64,000 bases of DNA from Amoebophrya sp. A120 (Eukaryota > Protista > Dinoflagellata): the NCBI GenBank assembly GCA_905178155.1, contig CAJINV010000010.1:3492587-3556586 (forward strand). The letters are read 5' to 3'. The notes beneath the pieces were generated by a model. The model did no database searches and was not told the origin of the DNA. It saw only the letters and a list, made by a program, of their open reading frames with translations. Positions within the stretch are counted from its first letter, which is position 1; each line of letters begins with the position of its first letter. Both the position numbers and the translations under genes were made by a program. Shown piece after piece: positions 35,601 through 47,823 of this stretch.

Positions 35601-35883
35601 CTTCGGTGCTCAATTTCGAATTCTTCACGTTCCGATTGGAGGCCATCAACTTCCGAAACCCGGTCAGAACAGACTGCAGGCGGTGGAGCTCCTTGTCTGC
35701 AGTGGCGGGGGTCGCTGTCGTAGCTGTAGTACCGCCGTACTGGGGAGCAACGAAGGCATCTGCAGCGGTGCAGCAGATGAGCAGCAGAGAGGAGCAGAGC
35801 GACAGCTTCCAACGAGATGAAAAACGACTGCCACCTCCATTACCTGGGGGACGCCCGATCATCATGTCAACTACTACTGCCAT
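32143..35883 (-). CDS. Putative secreted protein with acidic linker and C-terminal 6-Cys motif; 8 introners
   Basis: Hydrophobic leader LSLCSSLLLICCTAADA; helical segments; after splicing ends CPYCKAECFEKCHN|NGHSYVQCLGSCADVGN*. Confidence 0.75.
32201..32351. mobile_element. Introner family F
   Basis: TIR; TSD tgttg. Confidence 0.9.
32583..32625. repeat. (TAC)n microsatellite encoding poly-Ser
   Basis: About 14 units in a coding exon (SSSS.. on minus strand). Confidence 0.95.
32764..33082. mobile_element. Divergent A-like introner
   Basis: Degenerate TIR; TSD ttcac/ctcac. Confidence 0.75.
33240..33519. mobile_element. Introner family C (reverse of the 29449-29732 type)
   Basis: TIR; TSD cgtgc. 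Confidence 0.9.
33588..33843. mobile_element. Introner family A
   Basis: TIR; TSD ggctt/cgctt. Confidence 0.9.
34087..34375. mobile_element. Introner family C
   Basis: TIR; TSD accac/atcac. Confidence 0.85.
34584..34739. mobile_element. Introner family F
   Basis: TIR; TSD tccac. Confidence 0.9.
34788..35101. mobile_element. Introner family B
   Basis: TIR; TSD ggttt. Confidence 0.9.
35268..35409. mobile_element. Introner family F
   Basis: TIR; TSD ccgct. Confidence 0.9.
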
Positions 35884-36531
35884 CTTTTATAGGACGGGAA
35901 CGTCGAAAAAACTGATCTCTCAGAAGAGATTCATCTACAGGAGGAGCGACGAGGTGATGACACTGAAGAGTTCTTGTGAAGACGAACCTGGACTATTTAA
36001 CACGGTAGAACTACATTTTTTCTGATCACTGGTGATCTTGGACCTCCTGACTTGCCCCTATACTATCCATGGAATTTCTCTCTCGTCTCTTAACTGACTT
36101 CTTGTTCCACGTTGCCATTCGACGGAAAAGATGAGTCAGTTTCTGGATCCAGTTTCCCTCTTTCTGTTGCTAGGGCCTGTTGTAGTGTTGAAGCTGAACA
36201 ACGTGATAACATTCGTGGGGAAACAAAGATCTACTTGTCAACCGCACAAGCAGACCAAGTCAACGAAAACATGTTGATTTCATATCTATATTTTTTCACT
36301 ACATGCATAAACCGTTCGTACAACTTTCTCAAAGACCTGTGTACTAGTTTTCCTTCCATTCTCCAAGTACTATACCTCGTTCTCGCATGATATGCAAGAA
36401 TTTTTTTGCATAAGCATTGAACAGTATCCATTCCATTCATCGTCATCAAACAGCGACATTTTGATTTTCGATTTATTTTGTGACTTAAAAAAGTGTAAAG
36501 GTGTAAAAAGTAAGTGAAAATAACTCTTTAT

Positions 36532-39500
36532 TTAAATTTTCTGCAAACCAGCAACCGCATTTTTCATCCCCCCGCTGCGAATGTCGCCGTATCGGTTGTC
36601 GGCCGGCCCAACGAGGACGGTGGTCGAAGAGGACGCTGTTGTTTTTACCGCCTGCAACTCCACCTCGCTCTCGCCACCACTGAAGGGCAAAACCAAGTCG
36701 TGCTGCTGCTTGCCGAAAAGGGTCGTGCTGGTCATGATTTGCTGGGGCGGGGGTTCTTGCTGCGGAAGTCCTGCACTTGTTGCGGGAAACACTTCTGCTG
36801 GACGAGCCTGGATAGTAAGTTTGTTGTTTCATCCTCAGGTTGACTTTTTCGTATACGATTTCACCGATTCTAGACTACAATTTGACGTTGTCCTGACCTG
36901 TATGCATTTGAGTATTTCACACCCAAAATGATGATGATCTCATCGAAAAAAAAACTGCCGCATAACAGAAATTTCTTCGGCTCCTTTTTCTGCGGTAGAA
37001 GATACTTTGTTAAAGATTAAAATACCGAAGAAGAATCCTCTCCTGGTGTCGACATCAAAAGCGCGAGCGCCTCGGCGGGTAGCTTCTGGAAGTGCCCGGC
37101 CCGGCTGCCCGGGCTTGCACAACTCAAGACCTGCCCCCGAAGTCAAGAAAGCAAGGCCCGTAAGACGCGTCCTGGCCCCCGGGGTGTTTGTTTTTGCACG
37201 GCAGACGGAGCGCATTATACAAAAAAAGGCGGGCAACCTTCGCTGCGGGTCGCGTGCCACCCTGGTCGCCCGATGTCCGCCCGACCTCCCCGCGCCTGAT
37301 CTGACTGGCTGCGCCTGCGGCGCAGAAGGCCCCCCCGGCTGCCGGTCGTAGCAACAAAGAATATGGCGCGGGTACTGTAGGCACCCCGGAAGCCCCCCTC
37401 TGAGGCCCCCCCTGAGGCCCCCCCCTAAGGCCCTTCCTGAGGCCCCCCCGGAGGCCCCCCCCGAGGCCCCTTTTCCGTTGCCGCGCACAGTAGCAAAGCA
37501 AGCTCCCCCGGATCGGCCAAAGAGTCGCGCGCGCGAACATTGCCCCGCGCGAACGCCTCGGCGGGTAATTTCATTCTGGAAATGCCCGGCCCGGCTGCCC
37601 GGGATTGCACAACTCAAGACCTGGCCCCGAAGTCAAGAAAATAAGGTCCGCGCAAGATGGTGCCCCGTCTTCTTCGGTTGGCTTCCAGCTGCCTTATGTT
37701 CTTATGGGTGCTCTGCTGCGTGATGCGCCATGTTTTTTGAAGAGCCAGCGCTACCCCTATCCCAGCCTTTTCGTTCCCTCCGTAGGGAGCCTAGCCCAAC
37801 AGTCTTAGTGAGCATTTTGCCGTATACTCAATATCTTCTTGCAAAAGGATCAAGCTCAAGAAAGGGTCGCCCATCAGGGCGACCCGTCTTCTTGTACTAT
37901 GTAAAGATATAAATACCGAAGAAAAATCCTCTCCGAGTGTCGACATGATCAAAAGCTGCTGTGTATCTCGCTGTCCACCAAGACCACCACCACCAAGGCC
38001 GTTCAGATGTTCCTGGAACAGACTGGACTGGGATGATGCACCCGTGCTGCTCGTCGCCACCCTCTCGAAAAACGCGGCAAGCACTTGGAAGTACGCGACC
38101 GGGTATCAAGTGCAAATATGTCTGGGTCTGGAAGGATGCAAACCTGTGACGCATACTCGGATCACACAAAAATCTGTCATGCTTAGACAGCAAAGGGAGC
38201 TCCTTTTCCTGTCGCCGAAAGAAGGTGTTTGTCATGCGAATTAAGCATTGGGAAACCGTCTCAAAACCTTTGATGCTAGGCCTTGCATGGCACACCTTCT
38301 GTGTCAAGCAGAGACAGCATCACAAAGCTCAGCAATCTTCCAGACCCAGACATTTTTACATGTGATACCGGGTTGGTCTCGACCACGTCGTTGTGCCCGG
38401 CTTCCAGCGGAAAATACGGCGGGTACCTAGCATGAAGAAACACCACCAGCACTCCAGAAGAGGTAGGATGTCTTTTTAATGCACAACAAAACTCTCCAAG
38501 ATGAAACCACGGGTCCGATAAGCGAAAGAGAAGCGACAAACATGAAGAGGACACAAAATTCAGTTTTTTCAACACATAAGAGTTGTAGTATCAAATGCGG
38601 AAAATGTGATGGTGCCATGCCAGTAACACGACACTTTGAGTGTTTGATTGTCTTCGAAATTTTATATGCGACGTGAGCATGTTTTAGAGGTTGTGATCGA
38701 AGTTGTGGTCGGGCTACATGATCATACATAGATTTTTGTACTTCTTGTTCCAGGTATAGTCTACAAAGAGGACCAGAATTGATGTTCACCGGCGTTTTTA
38801 GGACTATCACACAGCACAAAGACAACCTTGCTAGACTTGTTTTTGATTGGGGGAAACAATACCAAGCCTCTACCCTTAGTCCCAGTGTCATGTCGAGACA
38901 GTGCGTTCGTTGTGCGACAACAAAATTAAATGTTGGTGCACTTTTACAGTGTTTCAACATGACAAAGAGACAGTCGGGTAGAGCTTTTTCTGAAAATTTG
39001 AGAAGCTCCTTGGAGGGCAACGAAGTCCCTCTAGAGCATAGTTATAGTGCTATACGTCAACTTGTCATGCAAAATTGTTGCTTTTTGCCAGGTTCTAAAC
39101 TACCTTGGCTCATCTTCGCACGGTAAAGGGACTACAAGTCGATCGCACATTGTCGATTTTTTTACGTGTGGTCAAGCGAACGAAGCAAACGTTGCAAAAA
39201 ATGGCCCGAGTAGTGAAGTACAGTCGTGTTTCGTTGTAGTGCCCGATCTTTCATATTTTTCCGCTTTTTTGATCACGCTCGTGTACGGTAAGGACGCTTT
39301 ATTCAAAGTTCTTGACAATTATGCAAATCGATAGACAGACAGCTCTTGGCGATATTTTCTCCGTACGAAAGACGGGATGGGCCGACAGATTTTGTGATCG
39401 AGTCGTTTCCGCACGTTGCGACAGCAAAGACAAAGAACGAAGCCCGAATTCTCTTTATTTTCTGCAAATATTGACAGACGTGTTGATCGATAGTATGCAT

Positions 39501-42500
39501 TTGCTGCCCATAGTGGCGCCAGCTCTTTTGGACGGATATTTTACTACTTCTGTGCTTCTCGCGAGACGAGTAGAGCAGTAGTAATTCCCTTTGCACGTTC
39601 ATACGCTCACTGTGATGACAAAAAACGAGGGCCCGAGAGATTTTTCATTATTAAGCTAGGGAACCGGATTGATTTTTTATCGAGCTTTGCTCTTCGCTTG
39701 TGGTTGTGAACGGTCATAGTTACTACGTCGCGCTGCTCAGCTCCTTCCCTCACGTCGTTGATCTCATTTGTACGCACGCACGCACGTCAAATAAATCTAG
39801 TACAGACGAGAAGCAATTTTGGACGACCGATTTTTATTTTTTGAGGTATGTTATTGTTCCAATTTTTATCGCCGAGATATTACGGTAATATCGTGGTAGT
39901 AGTTGTTCGCACGGTCGTTCTTGCTGTTGGTCATCCCGACAGGAGCTCCTGCTGACGTGGTTCTTGTTGTACGGCATAGAAGCATAGTGCCCGACGATTT
40001 TTTGCACGGCATACCCGACTTGTTTCCTTTGCAGCTTTACCAAAGTACGGAGAGACGTACTCGGTTAATTTGCCCACGTGAAGACGCATTACAGACGTGT
40101 AAGTAGACGTTGTTACGACAGACGGAGCAGAGGGGGCGCACGACGAGGACTCGCAGGAGATGTAGTTCTACTTCTTTTGCGCATACGTAGGTAATAGAAT
40201 TCGCAGGTGCCCGACGTTGCTGTATTTTGCTCTGACCGCAGACCGCACTGACTTCTGCTATACGACGCTCGCAACCGAAAATGTCTGTACTACCTAACGC
40301 CACAGAATAAGCTTGCTCAAGTCTCTATATTAGAAGAAGTTGCTGTCTCTTTTCCATGCAAGACCACAAACAGACGCGTTTTTTCTGATTCGACGCACAG
40401 CTCTCGTCTCCGATCCTTTTTTTCGATCATTTTTGCCCTTTCATGTTTTCCGCAACAACTCATACGCTACGCTACGAAATTCTATGATTACGAGGACAGA
40501 TCTACGCTACGACATTGCTATCAGAGCTACGAGTTCTTGCAAAAATCTGGAGGCTGGCGCAAGACTGAATCTGTTTTGACGTACTTATTGACCTCTTTGC
40601 CTTTCACGCTACGAAGCCTTTCCTCACGCTACGAGTCCTGTTGCTTTCCTGACGAAGAAAAAACAGTTCTACGTTAACGCTACGCTACGAAGCGAAAGGA
40701 CAGACGCAGTAGTACTTCTTCTACCTAGGGGCTTACTTTGTCGTCATCTCTCTCCTTGCGTCGATTCTTCAACTTGTTATCCGAGCAATAATGCCTGTAA
40801 AACAACAAGCATGTCAAGTACAGACGGTGTGGCTTTTGGATCGTGCTAGTTAATCGGAGACAGAGCTACTTTTGTGCCCGACACGGCGTCACAGACCGAA
40901 GAGAATTCTGAGTCGAAGCGACGAGAGACTGTACTGGGTGATCGCAGAACCGACAAGGCATTTTTCTTTTTCTTGGATCCGACCAGGGAGAACGAAAGTT
41001 TTGAACGTAGAAATTTGCTGAAAAATAAACGAAGATGAAGGCAAGTTGGTGCTGGGGCCAGCCGCGTCGGAAATTCTGCTTACACGGAGGAGAAACTGCA
41101 GTGGCGACGCGGGAGGAGACGGTGGTCGGCGAAAATCTGCACGAAATCAACTTCGAGTCAAAATCGACAGGAGAAAAAAAGAAAACGTGGAAAACGCCAT
41201 TTTTTTTTCGATAATTACTAGATGGAAACTCAAACTGTGTGCTGGTCTCAAGGAGTTACAAGTTCTGTTCTTCAGCTCCGGTGAATAAATGCAAGACAGA
41301 GCAGTTGTACATATCAAATCAGAAAAAAATCTGCAATGATAGAGTGATATCACGAAGGGGGGGTGTAATTCCTGTCGAGTTACATTGCAAAAATTAGGTC
41401 GACGACAAACGATGCTTTTTATTCGAAGCAATAGTACTCATCTTTCACTTTGTACGAACAATATCAAAGGTACAACCTCCGGATAATTATACGGAATTTT
41501 GCTAAACTATCAGAGTTCATTGCGATATACTTCTTCCGCGTGGAGGCAGTCGTGATGCCGTCCATCAAATACCTCCGATAATATTTTCCTTGTGTTGTAC
41601 GAAAGCTGCAAATGCAAGAAGCATTCTAAACCGTCTTTGCTATACGAAAAGGAAGCAAGACGAGTTTTTCTGATGTTGAGAAAATCATAGAAACCGCACA
41701 CGTGACGAACGGAACCGACAGACTACGTTCATTCTTCTTTATCGCGCATACACAAATCGTCGTCTTTCATTCGGACAACATTGACCGAGGAGGTTCTAAT
41801 CGACAATCTTCACTAGAACGACGAAGTTACTACGTTTAGGTAGTTACGACCAAAGCAATGAAAACCTAAACCGTATTCTTCTAGAAGTACTTCTTCGTTC
41901 GAAATCATTCGGGCACAAGAAAGCTACGACGGACGATACATAGCAGGAGTGATAGGTTAAACAAGCATGAAAAAAAACCAAACATTACCTCCTAGACTCC
42001 TCGATGCTTGTGAAGAGCTTTTGCGAATGCGCGAAGGGCACCACGGTGTCCTGTCGTCCATGAATCAGCAGCACGGGGCAGGTATGAAATGCAAAAATGT
42101 CTGGGTCTGGAAGGTTGCCAGGTTTGTCATGCATATTTCGCATGACTCAGTTTGTCTCTAATGCATGATCTAACATCACATATTTTTAGAGGCCTTCCTG
42201 ATGCCTATCCCGCATGACAAATGCCCTCCCCGCGTAGCAGAAACTGGGTCTCTCTTGCTGGTCATGCAATACAGACTTTTTTAGAGTCCAAAGTTAGCAT
42301 CACAAGTTCTAACCTTCCAGACCCAGACATATTTGCGATGCATAGCAGGTAAGCTGCCGGATTTTTTCCGCATTTTTGAACAAGTCAAAGCAGACGAACG
42401 TGGTGCTGGGTTTGCAGCAACCCTCCGGGTTGGGATCCAGCACCCGGATTCCGGAGAGCATCGCGGAATGGAGGATCACCCCACCACACTGCGACTTGAT

Positions 42501-44379
42501 CTTTGCGGCCAGCTCCACGATGGGCCCCGTGCCAACCGACTGTCCGTACAGAATAATGTTTTGCGGGTCGTAGTGCAGCTCCTCCGTCAGGAACTTGTAG
42601 GCCGCGTCCGCGTATCCTGTGCAAAAGTATCGCACTCGTTCGTAGTAATCGCAACCATGCATTACAAATCTGGCTCCCAAGGCAAATCAGCATGACAAAT
42701 TCCATTTGCAACTACTACTAGTACGATACTTTTGCAATTCATAACGCGTCCCCCGTCACATGGCGGAAGTGGGGGACGATATATCAAAAGGAAAAATCCC
42801 CCTCCCCATATCAAAAGGAAGTTTCTGATGCTGGATTTGCGTACACAAATCAGCTTTGTATTGCAGAGAGGCACTGCGGGCAGATCTCCAGGCTGGATCG
42901 GGGCGCATGTGTCTAGTTGTTCAGCATAGCAAACGGCTCCCCTTTAGGCCCAACAGCATGGCAAATCGCTGCCATAATGGGGCGAAAGCTCCTGCCCTTG
43001 TCTTCTTGCTAGACAAATATGATTTGTGACCTCAAATCAGCAACACAAATTTTCGAAGTCATACCTTTTCAATATGGGGAGGGGGGATTTTTCCTTTCAA
43101 TACGATAGGCTTGTTGTTCTTGAGTTGTTGTGCTTCCCGCGGTATCATCTTCTTCTCCCCCGACGGTGGTGCAGCTGCTGCACCACTGCCCGGTATCCCA
43201 CGAAAAAAGTGTTACAGTCACACATTTGTTGGACTTTCTGCATCACAAATTTTCTCTGTGTGGCAGTAATGCAAAGATAATAAGGGAAAATACGTAGGAA
43301 ACGAGACTCGCAAGCATTTCCTGCATGACAAAGGTTGTCTGTCTTGCGGCTCCTGCAACACAATGTGTAACTGTAACACTTTTTTCTTGCATACCCTGGT
43401 CCAGCACCGCAGTGAACTGCCCTGCTTCCGCCGCCAGCTGGGTAGCGGTCGTCGCGGCTCCGCATTACAGTGAAAAACGCCCCCACCCCGAAAGTTGTGA
43501 TGCGAAGTTTCCAACTGAAAACCTTTTGTCATGCATGAAAGTAGGACTATGGATCTTTCTGATGCAGAGTCTAGTCGTCGTATACAGCATCGCCTGCATG
43601 ACAAGCACCGCTCTTGCTGGGATCTTTTGCAATACAAATTTTTGCTATTCACGGTTGAAATATTAAATCTGTCATGCTGATACAAGCATCAAGAGGGCGA
43701 GTGTTTTCATTGGAAAGGTTTGCAATACAAATGCTCCCAAGTTCTGGGTTGTGGGCATTTTTCCTCACAATACTCCGTCTTTCGCCTTCTCCAGCGCGAT
43801 GGGACCGTAGCCGCTGTACTCCACCCCCAGCACGTCAATCTGGAGGGTTTCAGACAGGTCGTAGTAGACGGGGAGCATGAGCCCCATATCCGTTGCATTC
43901 CCGTGGCAATGGAGGAGCACGAAGTTTCTATTTCGGTCGACCTCATGATTCCCTGCCTGTTCCGTATCATCATGTTGATCCCTTACAACTCCCCCACTGC
44001 CCCTCCTTCTTGAAGAAGATGTGATTCCGTAAAAATTTCCTTTCCTTCGAAAGAGGGAGACCAGTGTCGTTTTCTTATCCGTCACAGTGTTCCGCAGCAA
44101 GTAGACCGCCACTTTTTCTTGCGCTTGCCGGTAGACGATGTGCGTCTTCAGTTCGCGGATGGTGTAGAAGAGGTAGTACCGCTGCAGTTGGTTCTTACCA
44201 CTTCCGGCGGTCGCGCCATGGTCGTGATCGTCCTCCTTCGGATTCGGTCTCTTCACGATCGTGTAGCTAGGTGGGGTCGGGGGCAGAAAGGAAAACCGGT
44301 TCCGAATCTCGTCGACTTTGCACTTGTTGATGCACACGTAGCAGGTCAGAGCGCACGACGCGCTGCAGTTTGCACCCAT
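36532..44379 (-). CDS. ABHD17: ABHD17-like alpha/beta hydrolase (depalmitoylase family)
   Basis: N-terminal Cys cluster, FSFLPP, HCHGNATD, EYSGYG, YGQSVG (Ser), IHGRQDTVVP (Asp), AGHND (His, 38385 region). 6 introners and a 3.56-kb GT-AG intron (38427-41988). Last exon (to 36532) is inferred; alternative stop at 37791. Confidence 0.85.
37012..37956. repeat. About 50-bp imperfect direct repeat flanking about 840 bp GC-rich insert with internal about 100-bp direct repeats and (GAGGCCCCCCC)n
   Basis: aaagat..aaataccgaagaa.aatcctctcc..gtgtcgacat..caaaagc at 37012-37061 and 37903-37956; internal repeat about 37061-37160 / 37548-37650; C-rich tandem at 37389-37470. Confidence 0.85.
38104..38367. 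mobile_element. Introner family A
   Basis: TIR; TSD ccggg. Confidence 0.9.
42083..42344. mobile_element. Introner family A
   Basis: TIR; TSD gcagg. Confidence 0.9.
42613..42743. mobile_element. Introner family F
   Basis: TIR; TSD ccgcg/acgcg. Confidence 0.85.
42782..43102. mobile_element. Introner family B (reverse of the 22679-23000 type)
   Basis: TIR; TSD cgata. Confidence 0.9.
43194..43393. mobile_element. Introner family E
   Basis: TIR; TSD cccgg/ccctg. Confidence 0.85.
43463..43772. mobile_element. Introner family H (reverse of 11297-11608)
   Basis: TIR (left end CAT); TSD ctccg. Confidence 0.9.
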
Positions 44380-46218
44380 ACGAAATTCGTGTTGACAGGA
44401 CCACCGAGGACTGCGCGACGTGCCAGCACGGCAAGGTCAACATCTGCCGAGCAGTGAGCTGAACGGAGCACCACAGCGGGGGCGTTGATCCGTGGGCCAC
44501 GGCTGCAAGGGAGAACGGTTAATAATAGAAGATGATTGAGGCCTCGATGAACAAGATAGCTGCTGTCTGCTCCACTTCAAAATCTTGTTTCTCGTCACTG
44601 TGCTCGTGCTGCTGACGTGCAACTGCAAGAAGTCTTTCCTCATGGCTACTCGCAACACTTGTGCGGCATGATCTTCACAGCGAGCGACGTGCAAGACCTT
44701 ACCACCGTGCTGCGACCAAAGCCGCAACCAGCTCCTTCTTAGCAAAAACTCCTGAGCGCCATCACAAGAAGCGACGTGTGCAGACAAGGACGGAGTGAGA
44801 ACGCAGCGGCCTCTCGGCTTAACAAACTACGCAGGTGGAGATCGCATCAATATTTTGGAGGAGCCACCACTCAGAGCAGTGGTTCTCACAGCTCCAGCAC
44901 ATTTTTCATGTCTTCTACTCATCTTCCGCAGAAATCACGAATGTTACGAATTTGGAATCAAACATAGTGAACGATCCACACAGAAAACGAAAAACCTCTG
45001 TAGTTGTTCATAACGACACCGTTGATATTACGGATTAGTTGGAGTTGGAGAGATCAAGTCAAAGCAGGATACTTTTAAGCCACCGACCTGTATCATCAAC
45101 CGATTTCCAGAAAAAAACGATTCAAAAAATAGAACCAAAAGCGGCCGTCGATATTTTGGGCTAAATGTACCGACTGTGGTGACAACGCAACTACATGATC
45201 TGAAGAAGTACTCCGAAAATAAATAAGTAAATCAATCAGCCGCTGACCGAGCGTTTTTGGAGACAACAATCAGACTTCTTTATTCCACTACGCCAAGAGA
45301 ACACGACTACAACGTACGTGCGCCAACGCGCGCGCGGTGCTCCTTCACAACCAAAACGATCCGCTGGCCGCAGCAGCGAGACCGACTTGTGCTGGCAAGT
45401 AAAATCACTCCTGTCGAAAAATCCCTCCTGCAGCAAGTAGCGATATTCGTTCGATATCGGTAAAAAAGTCTTTACAACACCGTGCGAGAAGTTGTAGAAC
45501 TACTAGCGCAAAAGTAGAGTTTTTGGCTAAGTAGCTCTTTCGATTCGCGCCGTGCTGCGCCATGTGAGCAGGGGCTGCTTCTTGTTCTTGCCTGGTCGTG
45601 TTGAATCAAGCACCCTCCTCTCTTCAACACCATTTAGGAGTTCTAATCGTGCAAAGAGAACAGGAAAGCAAGATAGAATTGTAATTCCGCCTGGCAATCG
45701 TAATCGAGGTCGTGTAGAAGAAGCAGCTGTGTGGACAGGGTGATAAATACAATATGGATGCTTTGGGCTTTGGGGTATTTTGTACGAGGGCGTCTCTCTG
45801 CCCCGCGACGCAGAGTCGAAACTGGAGTCACGCACTCGCAACTCCAGCAACGGCCGTAAAATGGTAGAGCGTTTGTTTTTTCAAAACTTGCAAATAAATT
45901 ATTTTTTTTCAAAATTTGCATTGCAATTCATACTTCAAAACCTACATGTTTGTTTGTTCAAAATTTGAATTTCCTCTTTGTAGATGATAACGATCCACTG
46001 TCAATCTTGCAGCATATTTTCGCCTTCTTCTTCTTGCAGCATATTTTCGCCTTCTGTTGTAAGCACAGCCCATCATAAAAATCCTTCACATTCCGAATAA
46101 AAAGCAGCTCAAACAGCGATTACCACCCGTGGTCAGGATGCATACTGCTTCCGTACAAGGACTCGACAACTTTTATATTGGATATAACCGCGGCCCGCGA
46201 TGCACTACAGCTGCAGCC

Positions 46219-46505
46219 TATCCTGAGTAAAAACGTCCCCAGCAAAGAGTTGTAATGCAGAAAAGCAGTGACAGAAAGGTTTGTAATGCGTATCCCCATG
46301 AGAGGCATTTCCAGTCGTGTTTTGGAAAAATTTGTAATGCTGTACATAGGATAAGCGTGTGTCTTTGTGATGCGTCTGTCATTGCTGGCCAGCACTACCC
46401 TGTGCAGATGGAAACTTGCCATGCAAAACTCTGAAAGCTTGGAGATTTGTGTTGCAGACTACTTACCAACTTGACTATGGGGTGGGGACATTTTCACGCA
46501 GAATA
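46219..46505. mobile_element. Introner family C, downstream of a stop codon
   Basis: TIR; TSD cagcc. Confidence 0.9.
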
Positions 46506-46544
46506 CAGCCATCCGTGATGTGTAGTTTCAGGGTCGACCATGGT

Positions 46545-47330
46545 TTATGGCGCCGGCGGTAAGGAGGACGCTGACCGTGCCATGATTTGCTGCTGTGGCG
46601 GCGCTGCTGGCGCCCCCTCTGCTGGCGCAGCATGAGGAGTTCGAGTGCAGCAGCCACACAGCATGATCTTCTTCCACTTCGCAATGATCTCGTCGACGTT
46701 CGCTTGCACCCAACGTGCCTGCAGATTCTCTAGAATGTCTTTGTAGTCGTTCGTAGTTGCGGGAAAACCGGTGGCTTCGATTTCAGCAATCTGCTGCTGC
46801 TCCGGAGGATTGACCAGCAACTGCGCCACCTCCTGAAATCGGCGCTCCATCGCCCGCTTTTTCGCCGATCCATCCTTTAGCTCTATCAGCTTTTGTAGGG
46901 ACTGTTGGTCGTGCTCCGATTCGGAGTGATACAAACAGAGCCCACCGCACGCCGCTGCAGCTAGGCCCGTCGCAGCGACGGGCAACGTAGAAGCAAACGT
47001 CGACGCCCATAAGCCGCCAGCTGCCGTGACAGTGCCGGCGACGCCCCTGAGCTGCTTGCCCGTTCGGCGGATGCATCCATTGTAGTCATTTCCCCGTTTG
47101 TCGCGAGGCGTTTGGTTCTGCTCGACGAATCTAATGTCGTCTCGGATTCCTTCCAAGAGTCCTCTCGCCTTCTCGAGGCGGTTCACCACGGCAACCATGG
47201 CCTCTGCTTCCTCATATTTCTCACGATAGTACGAGATAGACTCACCTTCTCTGATTTGCGAGCGCGCCCCGGATGGAGGAGCAGACGTCGCGCGCACCCG
47301 ACGACCGGTCGGGCGGCAACAAGGTATCAC
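46545..47330 (-). CDS. Hypothetical protein with coiled coils and Gly/Ala-rich hydrophobic hairpin (5' end unresolved)
   Basis: 261-codon ORF; GVAGTVTAAGGLWASTFASTLPVAATGLAAAACGGLCLY flanked by charged helices; no clear ATG. Confidence 0.55.
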   Translation of the reverse strand: MIPCCRPTGRRVRATSAPPSGARSQIREGESISYYREKYEEAEAMVAVVNRLEKARGLLEGIRDDIRFVEQNQTPRDKRGNDYNGCIRRTGKQLRGVAGTVTAAGGLWASTFASTLPVAATGLAAAACGGLCLYHSESEHDQQSLQKLIELKDGSAKKRAMERRFQEVAQLLVNPPEQQQIAEIEATGFPATTNDYKDILENLQARWVQANVDEIIAKWKKIMLCGCCTRTPHAAPAEGAPAAPPQQQIMARSASSLPPAP

Positions 47331-47823
47331 GATGAAAAACCCCCTGAACCCCTACCCAAGTGGAGTTGCTCCTGCGTGAAGAAGATTTTCGTCATTACAC
47401 ACTCACACAAAGGTCAGTTGTATTGCAAGAAAAAAATGCGAGAGCGTTCTGTCGCGTTATGACTTTCTGGCCGATCTTAAATAATCGATACGGCTGCAGG
47501 TCAGCCTAAAAGCGAAAAAATGCGATTTGGCTAGTGCATTTTTGCGGCTGTAAAAAACAAGTCTGGCAATTTGCAGTGTGCGTTCGCGTATGGGATGGGA
47601 TGGAGGTTTTTCCTCACGGTAAGAGCACCGGTGTTGGCTGCACTTGCAGGAGGTATCAAGAAAAAAAAAACCACCTCAACCCCAACCCGAAATCAGTCTC
47701 CGCTGCATGAAGTACTAGGTTTGCGTCCTTACACGGCCACAAGTCCAGTTGCATTTTTCGTCACGACCACGAGCAGCTCTCTGTCGCATCATAGTTTTTT
47801 CTTATTGGCCGATCATATCTTAT

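Noticed and set aside
38427-41988. Autonomous transposase for the introners
   Set aside because: No DDE, tyrosine recombinase, RT or HUH motif recognised in the frames inspected; no TAT..ATA TIR or TSD.
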